In this document: positions 27,526 through 41,087 of the stretch, piece after piece
Layout: each line of letters starts with the position of its first letter
Position numbering within the stretch: position 1 is the first letter of the stretch
Source of the DNA: Octopus bimaculoides
Lineage: Eukaryota
DNA: 64,000 nt
NCBI RefSeq assembly: GCF_001194135.2
Contig: NC_068984.1
Span: 128,166,842 to 128,230,841 of the forward strand
Reading direction: 5' to 3'
Notes under the pieces: generated by a model
Databases searched by the model: none
What the model was told of the DNA's origin: nothing
The model's input: only the letters and a program-made list of their open reading frames with translations
Made by a program: the position numbers and the translations under genes

Positions 27526-28789
27526 CATTATCAGGGCTCTTGTTCCTGAATGTCTACATCCCCTCAGGTTAGATTTTGAACCTTTGTCTCTAAATGTTAA
27601 TTCCCTTCGTTTAGAAATAAAGATTCAGTTCAAATCCTGCCTGGGACATTGTATACATTGACTAATTTCCCTAATGAGAATCAGTAATCAATGAAAACAT
27701 GAAATATAAAGTTAAATATTTGAGAAAACTAATTAGATTTCTGAAATATAAATCCAAATCTTTCTGCAAAGGCTTGAACTGCAAGATCCCAGTGTTGAAG
27801 CTTATAATATCTTGATAGAATATGGAAGAAACTTCAAAATTTTAATGTCCTGAATTTAAAGATCAACTGTGTTTTATTAAAAAAAAAATTGTTAATATTG
27901 TTAAAATTGTTAATACTTTTTGTTTTTGTAATTGGTTTGCAAGATTTTTGAGGTGTCTTGAAACATATTTTGTTGCGTCTCAGGAGGGTCATTATGCCAA
28001 TAATAAACACATGCACTGGTTTTATTTCACTTCTTTTAATTATTATTAGTAGTAGTTAATTGGTTAACTATGTAACCAATTAACTAGTTGATTATTTGAT
28101 TAATCATTCAACTAATCAATCAATCTGCTAGGTTTGTTAAAGTTCTTTCCTTGCCATTTGTGACCTCATCAATAAATCCTGGAAAATTACTTGTATAAAT
28201 TATGGTTTAAAAATTACTGCTATTTCTAGTGATGACGATATTGATAATTATATGAAATTTGTTAGTATTTAAGAAAATCTAGTCTTGAAATGCCCATTCA
28301 TTACTTATCAGAATTACTATATACAGTCTCTGACTTGTATCACAATCCATCCTATAATCAGCTTCATCACTGACTATTCAGTTTATCATTCAACAAAGTT
28401 GTTCATAGTTTCTTTCCCTTTACTAAATCCAATTTATTCTGAGTACCTCAAGCAAAAATATTCTCCCAAGAACGATCTAGGTACAGAAACTGTCACTGTT
28501 GCTCACCGAACTTCTTCCTTTTCAACCGATACATTCCAACACAATTATAATGTCTGATGTCTTATAGTCAATGTTCTGTGTTCGCTTCATTCAATGACAT
28601 TTTTTTGATCTGTGATATTTATTTTGAAGATTGCAATAAATCTCCTGGTCTTTTCATTAAACACAGTCAGCTTTTGTCTTTATTTATCTTTCTTTTGTTT
28701 GATTTTCTTTTTAATTGTTTCAGTCATTGGGCTGCAGCCTTGCTTAGGGCACCATTTTGAAGGGTTTACAAGGGTAGGATATCAAGTGG

Positions 28790-29275
28790 ATTGGCCCAGT
28801 ATACTCACCCTGCTCTAGCAGCATCATCTGTGCTGGCTCAGTCATGTACATCGCATGCCAAACGGGAAGCTTCTAAAAGACCTCCTGTATGGAGAATTGG
28901 CCACCAGCACAAGAGCATGAGGACAACCTCATCTTCATTTCAAGGACGTCTGTAAGGGAGATATGAAGTCGCTTGATCTGGATGTCCTGAGACGGGAGGA
29001 GGTCGCAAATGATTACTCACGCTAGAGACAAATATTGCGAAAGGAGATGAAATGAGGGGAAGAAAAAACAGGAACTCGCCACCAAAGAAAAGTGCACTCG
29101 ACAGAAGGAAAAACTAGTAGCGCTGGCAGAGATCTCCTTCAGATGCAGTTGCTGCATGTGTGACTGTCACTCCCATGTGGGCTTCTACAACCACAGCAGA
29201 TGCTGTACCACCATCAGCAGCTGACATGATTTTTTCAGGTGCAGGTCAATGGTCTCTCAAGATCAACAGTTGCCT
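28790..29275 (+). mobile_element. Decayed RTE-BovB-like LINE 3' relic
   Basis: PSILTLL*QHHLCWLSHVHRMPNGKLLKDLLYGELATSTRA*GQPHLHFKDVCKGDMK, followed by a C-terminal CxxC...CHS..G..NH..C zinc-knuckle remnant. Confidence 0.8.
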
Positions 29276-29339
29276 ATTACTACAAGGGTAAGCTGATTAT
29301 GAAGGAATGATGCTAGAACTGTGAAATTTTGCATGCATT

Positions 29340-30328
29340 AATTTAAACTCTTCATACTGACATGATTGCTACATTAAGAGATGATGCTCTAGCTTTATCA
29401 ACAGTGCAAACGTGGGCAGCTGAATTTAGGAGGGGAGAGTCTTGAGGATGACCCAAGGTCTGAATGTCCTGCAACTGCCACCACTGATGAAAAAAACATT
29501 ATGTTCACCACATGGTGATGGATGACAGGTGATTGGCTGTAAATCAAATAACCAATGCTATTAGCGTCTCCCTTGAGCAAGTTGAGAATATTTTGCACAA
29601 TGAACTTGGCATGATGATGGTTACTGCTTGGCAGACAAGATGTTTTCTGATACATAATCAAAAGCACACCAAGGTGATCACATCACAATAAAATCTGAGA
29701 CTGTTTGAGGTGGTTTCCTTAGACAATCCATACAGTGGAAACACCTCTATATACCTACTCGAAAGAAGGCCAAGCTTGTTTCATCTGTGGGTGATGGGCT
29801 CAGTTTTTTGGAATGCAAAAGACTTTGTATTTAATGGCTATCTTCAAAAGGGCCATATCATTAATGGAGAGTAGAATACAAACTTGCTGAAGCAGTTATG
29901 AAAGGCTATCAAGACCAAACAGCCAGGAAAACTGATAAAGGGGGTCTTGTTTCATCAGGACAATGCTTTAGCACACAAGTCCTTTGTTTCAATGGCTGCT
30001 GTGCATGACTGTGGCTTTGAACTGGTTGATCACCCTCCTTAATCTCTTGATTTGGCCCCATCTAACTATCATCTGTTCCCCAACATGGAAGAATACTTGA
30101 CTGGGAACGAGAATTGCAGTGATGATTATGTCATATCTGCTGTTGATGGCATTTTTGAGCAATAAGATGAAAGTTTCTTTACAAATGAATTCCAAGCACT
30201 GCAACACCAATGGAAGAAGTGTGTGGACCACAAGGGTGGTGGGGGAGCTGTGTTGAAAAATAAAGTTTATTTGGCCACATTCTATGAAAGTATCTTGGTT
30301 AGCCTATGAACTTTTCAGCATACCCTCA
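29340..30328 (+). mobile_element. Decayed mariner (Tc1/mariner) transposase relic with right TIR
   Basis: WAAEFRRG.ESLEDDPRS.., VLFHQDNA, HPP*SLDLAPSNYHLFP, QHQWKKCV. Ends gaacttttcagcataccctca-TA. Confidence 0.9.
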
Positions 30329-31079
30329 TAGTCAAACAAACTGATTCCAGTACTTATTTTTTAAGCTTGGTACTTATTCTTTCAGTCTCTTTTGCTGAAC
30401 TGCTGAGTTACAGGATGTAAACAAATCAACACAGGTTGTCAAAGACGGTACAAACACACACATATTATACTATGGACTTCTTTCAGTTTTCATCGACAAA
30501 GTTCGCTCACAAAATTTTGTTTGGCCCAGGTTTATAGTAGAAGACACTTGCCCAGAGGGTCATGCACCAGGACTGAACCTAAAATCACATGGCTGGGAAG
30601 CAAGCATCTTAACCACACAGTCACTATATCTCTTAATTTGTCTTCTTTTCATTTTCCTTCATGCAATCAATCCAAAAATGGAAACTATATATCTGCTAGA
30701 AATAGTAACAAGATTGCTTTAAATAATGGATACACAGGTCTAGGTACACAGGATGGCCATGGTGGATATCACTTTGAGTAAAAGTCTGTTGTATCAGAGT
30801 TGAAGTGTGGCTAAACAACAAGTTCAATGCCCTATCAGAACTTGATCTTAGCTAGATAAAAATTTCTGTTTCTCCAACAATAGTTTTTCATGTCAAAATC
30901 AACTTTAAAAAATTGGTCAGTTTTATTTTTATTTTTGCTCACCACAGCATGACGGTCATTGAAAAAAAAAAAGAAGCTAAATTTATATCAAATTCCAGAT
31001 TTTCAGTTAGTTTCACCAAATAATGTTTCAATGACTAATTACACAGCCTCATTAGTGTGTTGAATATAATACCTCAGGA

Positions 31080-31294
31080 AGCAGCAAGCTGGTCGAAACG
31101 TTAGCACACTGGGTGAAATGCTTTGTGGTATTTCGTCTGTCTTTATGTTCTGAGTTCAAATTCCATCGAGGTTGACTTTGCCTTTCATCCTTTCAGGGTC
31201 GGTAAATTAAGTACCAGTTGTATACTGGGATCGATCTCATCAACTGGCACCCACCCCCAAAATTTTGGGCCTTGTGCCTAGAGTAGAAAAGAAT
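31080..31294 (+). mobile_element. SINE family C copy
   Basis: Near-identical to 10651-10866. Confidence 0.85.
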
Positions 31295-31931
31295 ATAATA
31301 GCTTGTCGTATTTGTGCCAATCCTCTGTGTTCAGAGGTCAAATCCTACCACAGTCAACTTTAGCTTTCAATCTTTCAGGGTTGATAAAATATAGTACCAG
31401 CCATTTACTGGGATCAATGTAATCAACTGACACTCTCCCCTTCAAATATACTGATGCTGGGCAGTGAATTGGTGGAAATGTTAAAATGTTAGACAAGGTA
31501 CCTTATAAAATCTGTAGCAACTCTCTGCATCTTGATGGCAACCCCTGTGACAATACTGGTGTCAAGTTGTAACGGCCTTTAACAAAAGCCTTCTCATCTC
31601 ATGAAGAAGAGAGATTTGCACACATGTACAACTGCTAGTACTTTACAAAATACTTTACCCAGGCTTACAAACATGTGCATGCGCACGCACACACACACAG
31701 ATACAGGCATAGTTGCAATGTCGGAAGTGCCTTCATCTACAGCCCTGGACCTTGATGGACAGAAACTGACAGGAGCTTGTGTATGTATGTGCATGTGTTA
31801 CATATTTGTAAGAGAGTGTCACTGCCATTGAAAAGTGGACATTAAATGATTATATATATATATGTATATATGTGTATATTAAAAATGGGAAAAACTGGTT
31901 TATGAGATTACCTTAGGTTTCCTGTCCATAA

Positions 31932-31975
31932 TTGGGATCTGATGAGATGCTTTATGGCATCTCATCAGATCCCAA
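31932..31975. repeat. Perfect 19-bp-stem hairpin containing CTGATGA
   Basis: ttgggatctgatgagatgc-tttatg-gcatctcatcagatcccaa. Confidence 0.95.
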
Positions 31976-32166
31976 AAACATGCTTTCTACAAACGATATA
32001 GATATAGATATATACAAAATATGGGTGTTTAGTTCACAGGCGATCTAAACAGCTAGGTACGCTAGATAAGTGCTGTAAAGGATTACTGGGGCTCCAAAGT
32101 TACAGCCAAGACGGTAGTTATGGAGCTATTCTAGATTTCCGACATAATGGATATATAATTGCTAAG

Positions 32167-32721
32167 GCAAGGCAAACATCTCACATCATACATTATTATT
32201 ATTGGAAAAAATTCAAAATCTTACAGCTGTTTCTGGGATATCCCAGAGTGTGGGATATTCCTTCATTGGAAACAAATAAGGAAAATGAGGAGGGTATAGA
32301 TTTAAGAAATTATGACATAGAGGACAGGAAGAAAGGAATAAGGAGATTAAGAAAGAGAAGAAAAAGAAGCATAAAAGTTCACAGTTACTTCTGCTACCAT
32401 TCTGTTATTGAACGTTGATATGTTCACGTCTATTTCTGGATGTTTACACTATCAACACTTTAACCTACATGGATTTACAAGGATTACACCTAAGGACTTA
32501 CGGAAAGCTGAACTGTGAACTTTTATGCTTCTTTTTCTTCTCTTTCTTCATCTCCTTATTTCTTTTCTCCTGTCCTTTATGTCATCATTTCATTAATCTA
32601 TACCCTTCTCATTTTCCCTATTTGTCTCCGATGACAAGATATCCCATATTCTGGGATATTCCAGCAACAGCTGTAAGACTTTGAATTTTTTCCAATATAT
32701 GACTTGAGATGTTTGCCTTGC
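32167..32721. mobile_element. Inverted Penelope-like terminal repeat with hammerhead motifs
   Basis: Arms 32167-32386 and 32511-32721 with a 124-nt spacer. Hammerhead-like cores at 32217-32272 (-) and 32624-32679 (+). Confidence 0.75.
32624..32679 (+). ncRNA. Degenerate minimal hammerhead ribozyme with palindromic stem III
   Basis: gtct-CCGATGA-caaGATATCCC atattct GGGATATTcc a-GCAAC-AGCT-GTA-agac. The left-arm copy keeps GAAAC intact. ACAGCTGT is a perfect palindrome. Confidence 0.65.
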
Positions 32722-33864
32722 TGTTTGTTGTCCTCTTTAACAATTATATATATGAAAATTATGAGTTGCCCAGGATGTGCCACCCTCATAAGTGTGCCAT
32801 AGGTCTCCCCATATGTGCCGCAAAGGATGTGCCACCCTCGTAAGTGTGCTATCATTCTCTTTTGATTATCTGCTCAGTCATGGGGATGTAAACTAACCAA
32901 CACCTGTTGTCAAGTGGTGAGGGGACAAACACAATCACAAAGATACACACACACACATGGTGGGCTTCCACACAGTTTCCCTCTACCAAAATCTCTCACA
33001 AGGTACTAGTTGGCCAAGGGACGTAGTTGAAGACACTTGGCCAAGGTACTGTACAGTGAGATTGAACCTGAAACCATGTGGTCCCAAAGTGTGCTTCCTA
33101 ACCACACAGACAATAAATACATTTAATACAGAAATAGTAACATAGAGTAAACATCACACAGAACTCACATTAAATAAATGTAGTTTTATTATCAAAATCT
33201 TACAACATGAGTAAATACCATCAAAACTTTCTAGATAAGTAAAAATCTAGTTTTACAAATTTATTTTATTTCTGTTAAACTAAACCCTGTTGTTGTTGTT
33301 GTGCAATATTTTCCCCTCTTTAATCTTATGCAGGTAACCAGATAATATATCAAGAATCACAGGTAAACATGACAAACAGCAATTTACAACAGCAATAATT
33401 AAAAAGAACATTGTTTCTCTGAATAAGACGGTTATGTGTCAAGTGTTTTTCATAAAGCCAGGATTCTGAATATTTGAAGTGTTACTAAGAAAATAAGGCT
33501 ATAACAGAATAATAATGATTTCTAATTTAAGCACAAAACCAGCAGTTTTGAAGAGGAGAATGTCGGTTGATTACATTGATTCCAGTAAGTGAATGATATA
33601 TTTTATCAACTACGAAAGGATGAAAAGACAAAGCTGACTTTGGGAGGAGACTAGTCGATTACATCGACCCCAGTGTTTCAGTGGTACTTAATCTAACAAT
33701 CCCAAGAGGATGAAAGGCAAAGCTAACCTTGGCGGAATTTGAACTCAGAATGTAGCAACGGGCGAAATACTGCTAAGTATTTTGACTAGTGTGCTAATGA
33801 TTCTATCAGCTCACCACCTTAATAATAATAATAATAATAATAATGTGGTATAAAAAGTGAATTC

Positions 33865-34050
33865 CAGGATCTTGAAGGACTTCCCCACAAAGACTAACCT
33901 TACTACTGAAGCAAGAAGACTAGATATGATTATAGAAGACAAAATAAACAAACAGTATAAGATCATAGATTTTGCAATTCCCAGTGATAACAGAGTCAAT
34001 ATCAAAGAAGATGAATAAAATTGAGAAATATCAGGATCTTGCCAGAGAAC
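33865..34050 (+). mobile_element. Relic of a restriction-like endonuclease domain from an R4/Dong-type non-LTR element
   Basis: ILKDFPTKTNLTTEARRLDMIIEDK..KIIDFAIPSDNRVNIKE..IEKYQDLARE, matching the RRPD..IID.A.P.D..KIEKYQDL motif. Confidence 0.7.
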
Positions 34051-34899
34051 CGAAATAATAAGGTAACAATCTGGCAGAAATGTTACCATGCCAGGCAAAA
34101 TGCTTAGCGGTATTTCATCTGCCATTACATTCTGAGTTCAAATTCCACTGAGGTCGACTTTGCCTTTCATCCTTTCAGGGTCGATTAAATAAATACCAGT
34201 TATGCACTGGGGTCGATGTAATCAACTTAATCCCTTTGTCTGTCCTTGTTTGCCCCCTCTATGCCTTTGGGCAATAAAGAAATAAATATATAAGTTGATG
34301 TGAAAAGTTCTACTCCGTTTGATACAAACTCAAGATATGAGGAAGGTTAAAAGATGGAAGAAAAATAATATTGAGGAAATATTTATCAGAACCTCAACAT
34401 TCTTTATAGTTCTTTTTAATCCTTTTTTTTTCTTTCTTTAGATCATGATTATCCATAGCATTATCAAAAAAAACGAAAAGTTATGTCTATAAACTGACTG
34501 ACATTCAGACAGAATCACATGTCAGGTGAGAAACAATGTCACACAAAGACAAGTATCATTACACAACAAACACACACACACACACACGCACACATATATA
34601 TATATATATTATATACACACAGAGACACACACACAAACATACATACATACACACATTAATGCATTTCTATTCTAATATTTGCAACAGGAATTTCAGAGGA
34701 ATTAGTTACATATAAATTTAAAGAAATTATTTGAAATTCTAAGAAATGATATAGAAATACTTTGTTTTAACACTCCAAAAATAGAAGTTATGACAAAAAC
34801 TTTTACAAAAATATTCAGGTTACAATATATAGTTGAGAGAAACTTTAGTTTCCTTACTGAGATGATGGAAGAAAAATAATCTTTTCCAAATTATAAGAT

Positions 34900-37800
34900 G
34901 ATTTATTGTTCACTTTGGCTTTTATGTAATGTAATTTGATGAAAATTCCATAACCACCCCAACCCCATATTTTTCCCCATACACACACTCAAATCATAAA
35001 TACATCATAAGATATAAAAAGAAACCTTGCTAAGTTACAAGTTCTATACATACAGAACCTGGAAAATGTTTCCAATAAAATGAAAAAAGAAAAAGAAATA
35101 CAAAACAATAATGAAACACTGAGCTGAAAGTTTAAAAGTCACAACCTAGAAATACACAATACCAGTGAAATATGCAAACAGGCCACCTTAGTAGATTCTG
35201 TTACAATTCAGGCATAAAAACATTCAAATTATTTCAAAATATATTTGCAGAAATGTCATTAAATCTAGTATTTTTTTCTCTCTTTAACAAGTCTGAAATT
35301 GGCAGGGAGCCCTCTTGATTCCAACCTGCCTGAGACCACACTTGGTTTCATGATACAAAATCTCGTTTTGATATGCTTATATTCAAACGAAACCTTTCAT
35401 CATAATTTTATATACGAACATCTTATGATGTTCCAACCACCAGCTTAACAATGAAGTCAGATATCTTACTATATCTCTCTAAATGTTTCATTATTTTCAA
35501 AATAATTGAAACATACAGGCAGTGTATTACTTAATAAATATGGTCACAAAAGGGTTAATATTTCTCAGATAATTCAACTAGATTAAAACACAATTACACT
35601 CTCAAAAGAAAGCTGAACCAAAACCAATAGTTTCAGTAATCGTTGGCACATGTTACCAGCAAATTTGTTCATCTACAAGGGATTTCTGTGTCAGCACCAA
35701 AGAATCCATTACAATTTTGTTTTCAATAGTTTGGTACATTTCTTTTAAATTATTTCAATTTCTGTTTGCAATGGTCCAAACTACTATTATTTCTACTACA
35801 TCTTTTCTAATAAACAAACAAACAAACAAAAAAAAACATGAAAATCCACAACAAAAATGCCATAAAGAATACAATTTGTAATGAATAAAAATGTCTGATG
35901 TTCCATGAAAACAGTTAATGATGTTAATGAAACTTCTGGTGCAAAGGAAGTTTTTTTAGCTACATTTACACATCTTTGATCACACATATACATCTAATTT
36001 GGCAGGAAGAAATCACAATGACATAGAGAAAGAGGAAATATAATATTGTTTCTTTAGAAAACACCCAAAACTTTGACTAAATTGAAAATAAATCTTGTAA
36101 ATTTCTGTGGAGTTAAATATTTTAAAATAAAAAAATGTTTATGTGAATATTAAGGGGAAAGAACTTATAGCATGCTGGCATGCCTCAAAAATCGTTAGAG
36201 AGAGATTTCCCAGCACCCCAAAATTTTCAACCTAAGGGGGTGAATTGTTTTTGTTTTCTTCTTCTTCTTCTCGCACTTATGTATATATTTATGTATAAAT
36301 AAAACTACCCTTATCGCTTATTCAGTTATTTAAGAAATTAAAAATATGACTACTGTTTTATATTTTATTTTACTTTTAATATGATCACTTTCTGAGCATT
36401 ATTCTATGTATTGTTCATGCATTCTCGACTACATTTTCTAATGAGTTTCTAATATGCATCTGAGCACCACATACAATAATTTCATTGTTGTTTTATTATG
36501 TTGAAAAGAATGGAGCTCAGTTTTCCTGAGAAATGATCAAAGTTGTAACATCATTTTAAAATGGAATCTAAAGGAAGAGATGTTAATTTCTTTTTTCTTT
36601 TTTATTTAGGAAATCAGGTTCAATAGCTAAAATATACTCTAAGAGTGAGAAAGTGGGAGCAAGGAAACATTTTTCTAATAATGGAATTTGCATTAAAAAA
36701 TTTCCTCTAATTAGTCTTTCTATTACATGCACAGGACCTGAAATTTTGTTGGAGGAAGCTAGTCGACCCCAGTGCTCAACTGCTACTTATTTTATCAACC
36801 CTGAAAAAATGTAAAGCAGAGCCAGCCCCAGCAGAGTTTGAAAGAATGTAATGTCCAGAAGAAATGTTGTTAAGCGTTTTGTCTGATACAGTATCAAGTC
36901 TGCCAGATTATTGCCTTAAAATTTGTTCCAGTTATGAAATGTATTTTGTCTGACTGTTACTGAAAATAATATAGGTCATTATAACCATGGTTTTCAGAAC
37001 ACATTTGGATTTGATTGATTCTTGAGATAACTGAAGAAAGGTTGTCACACAGCAGGGTTAAAGCAGCTCCAAGCGAATAGCAACAACTATAAAACTCAAC
37101 ACACTAATAAAAATTAATAAGCTTTTCAGTACATAATTTGAACTAAAAATTGTCTGTTAGGCTAAATATGTATTGGCACCAGTTTGTAATATAGTTGAGC
37201 TTTCATCAGGAGAAACCTGAAACTGCCTACAAACATGGGAATTAAAGCAATGGCAGTACACTACAACAACTGCAAAATGTATTCCTTCAAAAACACTACT
37301 ACTACTACTACTACAACCACTACATAAAACAACAAATCTTCTGCTCTTCAGTTTGAACCTAGTCACTTGGTAACACGTCTAAAGGAGTTACATAAGAAAA
37401 CCGATTCATATCAACTAAAATGTAATCAGTCATGAGTGATGAATGATAAGATTTATGATTTGTGAAAGCATGAATTTTGGGCAACACAATTTATGGATTA
37501 TGGAGTCCAGCAGTTAGTACGATAAGTGTTAGCTAATACAACATCACAAGGATAATAAGAATTTTGAGGAAATGCACTGTTTTGATATAAGTTTAAATAT
37601 ATATTTTGCAACATTTGACTTTGGAAAACGCACAGGAATAATTACACACACACATTAATACATTACATATACATATAGTAACGATATTTTACATATACAC
37701 ATCATATAGTAAGAATAGATTATGCACACATAGAGTAACAATACATTAAACACTAGCAACACATTTCTTATAATTCCTATCCTAGCATCTACGAAAAGAA

Positions 37801-38165
37801 AGAGGCTTTGGATAATGTTGTCCTAGGTGTACGGTGTCTATGGAAAAGACAAAATAGTTACAGCTGGAATAAATTATGCTATATTTATAAGCAACTGAAA
37901 AAGAATCCCATTATCTAAAGTAAACAAATTTTTACCCCAAATCCGCGCAAAATAATGATAAATACACACTATTTAATTTTACTAGTTGTCTCCCTTGCTC
38001 CTCAACTCTATTTTTCAATACTATATTTCTTTTCTCATGACCATTATTCTTTCTGCAACGCACACACGCACGCACACGTTTTGTATTATATATTCCTGTC
38101 GTTTACTGCTGCCATTGTCAGACACAGTGCCATCGTGGATGGAAGTATGGCAGAGAACTGGTCAA
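34900..38165 (-). other. Probable long U-rich 3' UTR of the HMGA-like gene
   Basis: Follows the stop codon, is strongly A-rich on + (U-rich in the mRNA) and is poor in SINEs. AATAAA candidates on - at 36601-36606, 36364-36369 and 34902-34907. The true end is not determinable. Confidence 0.4.
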
Positions 38166-38264
38166 TTAGTCAGTCCCCTCGTCGTCCATGTCATCTTTGC
38201 TGCCGTCTCCAGCTCCGTCAGATTCTATGTCATCTGGGTTGGAAGATTTGTTACGACGATCAGC
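38166..38264 (-). CDS. HMGA: Last coding exon of the HMGA-like gene, acidic C-terminal tail
   Basis: Strong acceptor tattttctttttgcAG. Encodes ADRRNKSSNPDDIESDGAGDGSKDDMDDEGTD* (TAA at 38166-38168). It is GC-richer than the flanks, and an acidic tail is an HMGA hallmark. Confidence 0.75.
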   Translation of the reverse strand, partial: ADRRNKSSNPDDIESDGAGDGSKDDMDDEGTD

Positions 38265-38939
38265 CTGCAAAAAGAAAATACAGAAACTTAATGATACAAT
38301 TTCAATAAAAATCATGTTTGATGAAAATGTTGTTATAATTAGCTCAGATTTTCAGAACATTAAAGTGAAAGAGTATTTGAAAACGCTAAGTAATAAGGGT
38401 ATCCTCCAAATATTAATAATGGTTTCCTTCTATCAGAACAAAAGACCTATAATCTAAAGAATGGGATATACTTCCAAGAATGTATGGTTGTTACATCTAG
38501 CCACTCTTGAAAAAGTTTGTAGAACTCGTTCAGGATAAGCCAAATAATTAACCTTGATGTAGAAAGTTGTTTAACGATGTTCTAATCGACAAAGCAACTT
38601 TCTGTATAAATTCTCAAGCATGACCAATTGAGACTATGGATATTATCCAACCATCTCATTCTTAGTCTATCTACCCCTATGTCTCCTGTTGGTTGGCTCA
38701 TCTTGAAGAATATATCTTGCAATTATTTCCTGCAACATTCTAATCACATGTCCATAGTACTAGAGCTGTGACCTCCCAATATGGAAAAGTAGCAGCTCAA
38801 CCAGGAGACACTCTGTCATCTTCAAGCAATGCACTCTGTCAACTAACATTACAACAGAAATCCAGTAGCCACATAGAAAATATATTCCTGAATACCCAGC
38901 CTATCATATAAGATTCACGACTATTCTCAACCACAATAT

Positions 38940-39400
38940 AGAGGTTAAACTAAATTCTACAGTGTCTCTACATTACTGAAGACGTTTGTCTGAGAAAATT
39001 CAGACAGTCAGCAATATCAGACATTGGAAGTGTGCTCAAACGTAACATTCACTTTGCAGATTCCTAACCAAAGTTAAACCTACCCAATGCAAGAACTGCA
39101 CCAATGAAATCCAATGCATATGAATGAAATCTTATAAAAAAGAAACTATTAGGAGGGGGGGACTCCTAAATATTAAAACAAGAACAATGAAAGACTTAAT
39201 GAGTGGAGAAATATCTAAATCAAGAATGGCTAAATGTATATGCTATGAGAAATGAGATTACAATGCAATGGAATAAAATCTTCATTGTTGATAGAGATAC
39301 ACAGCATGAATTTTTTTTTTTTAAAGAAAATAAAAGAATTTGTTAATAATCCAACTTGTAGATTCTATACTGACATCAGCTCAATATGGCTGCCTTTACG
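38940..39400 (+). mobile_element. Decayed Penelope-like (GIY-YIG) ORF relic
   Basis: Fragments translate to SEKIQTVS, LTKVKP, and MQWNKIFIVDRD..KKIKE. These resemble the LPY..SEKI / WD...IID.E....RKIKEA motifs of Penelope endonucleases. Many frameshifts. Confidence 0.45.
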
Positions 39401-40039
39401 GAAAAAAATATAACAGATTTGCAGCCATAGTTGTACTTGTGTTTGTGACTTAGTGGTTAATAACATTATTGCCCTTTTAAACATGAAGGTTCTAATTTGA
39501 ATCCAGCCTCAGTAACAAGATACCTGATGACATTTAGAGATCAAACTGCTGGTGACAGTATTTGTAGCCATCATCATCATCATCATTTTAATATTTGCAT
39601 GGATCTGATAGAGTTTATAGTGGCAGATTTTTTTTTACAACCAGATGCCCTTCCAGCCACCAATTCTTGCCTGTTTCCGAGCAAAATAGTATTTCCCCAT
39701 GGCCAGACTTGTTTATGCCAAATGTTGGGAATGAATGACACTGCTTGTATGACAGTGACAATCATTTACAACTCACAACTATCACTGTAGTACAATTACA
39801 GATACTATTACCATCATCACCCCCACTATAACCATTATCACCACCACTTCCATCATTGTTTTTACATCACCTTTTTGGATGTTGAACAAAACTTTAGACA
39901 GAGTTCTAAAGATGGATGCCCTTCCAGTTGCCAACCTTTACTTTATTCCACTGGTTTTCACTCAAAACCATGAAGCTATGACATAGATTGTTTACAAGAG
40001 TTGTAAGCAAGTGCACTGTTACTTAAACAATGTCAATAT

Positions 40040-40255
40040 GAACACACACACACAAACACACTCACCGACATACATGTATATATAGGTGTGTGTGTATATG
40101 TACTGACGCACGTGTGTGTGTGTGTGTGTGTGTATGTACTTGCACATGTGTGTGTGAGTGTGTGTGTGCACATGAGTGTGTGTGAATGTGCATGTGTGAG
40201 AGAGTATGTGCGCTCACTTATGTGTGTGCACGTGTGTGAGTGTGTGTGTGTGTCG
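40040..40255. repeat. Compound (CA)/(TG) microsatellite
   Basis: Directly visible. Confidence 0.9.
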
Positions 40256-40639
40256 AGAGTTATGCTCATTGCTTCTGCAGGTAGTCTTGAGACCTGAGAG
40301 AGTGACACTATTAAGGTTTTCTTCTTGAACAATTACAAGTCAATGAATGCTGGAGAAACATGTGCAAGGTGGTCATTCCAGAGAGTCAATGTTCTGGAGA
40401 AGAAGGACTTGGATTATTGGTTTAGATTGGAGTCTGAGGAGTAGGGCAAAGACATGTGAGTTGGGAGTGCTTGAGACAAAGTGGCTTGAGACAACGGCCA
40501 TTCTAGTAACAGTAGGAAAGTCAGAGACAAAAGATACTGTGTGCAGACTAGGGATTGGAGTGTGTTGGTGAAGAGCTTCAGGTTAATTAGTTAAATGACA
40601 GTTCTATGGGTATAGTTAAACTAACAGCAAGATCGTCTA

Positions 40640-41085
40640 TGTTATACCACTAACAACAGGACATTGTGTATGCTACCACACCTACTATGACAACTACTAC
40701 GACACTACCTACACTAGAGAACATTGATGATACTGCAACACTTACTACAACATTTATTGAGGATACAAGCTCCACTATCATACTGACTACAGTACAACAC
40801 TGAGCATACTACCACATCTACAGCAATGCTTATATTACAGGACATTGATAATACTGCAACACCCACTGCAATATCTACTACGACATCTACAAGTATCACC
40901 ACCATATTGCATATTCTACAGTACACTGAGAAAACTACCACATCTACTATAATTTCTACTACCACACTGACTACACTATAACATTGAGCATACTCTCACA
41001 CCTACAACAGTATTGCCTACACTATAAAAACATTGATCATACTACCACACCTGCTACAACATCGACTACCACACTGCTACAACTC
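40640..41085. repeat. Degenerate ACTACCACA-rich minisatellite abutting the 33-nt exon donor
   Basis: Recurrent (t)actaccaca(c/t)ctac and acattga motifs. Confidence 0.8.
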
Positions 41086-41087
41086 AC

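Noticed and set aside
37157-37366. 69-aa minus-strand ORF downstream of the HMGA stop
   Set aside because: Includes a (GTA)n repeat, lacks a good acceptor and lies in the presumed 3' UTR.
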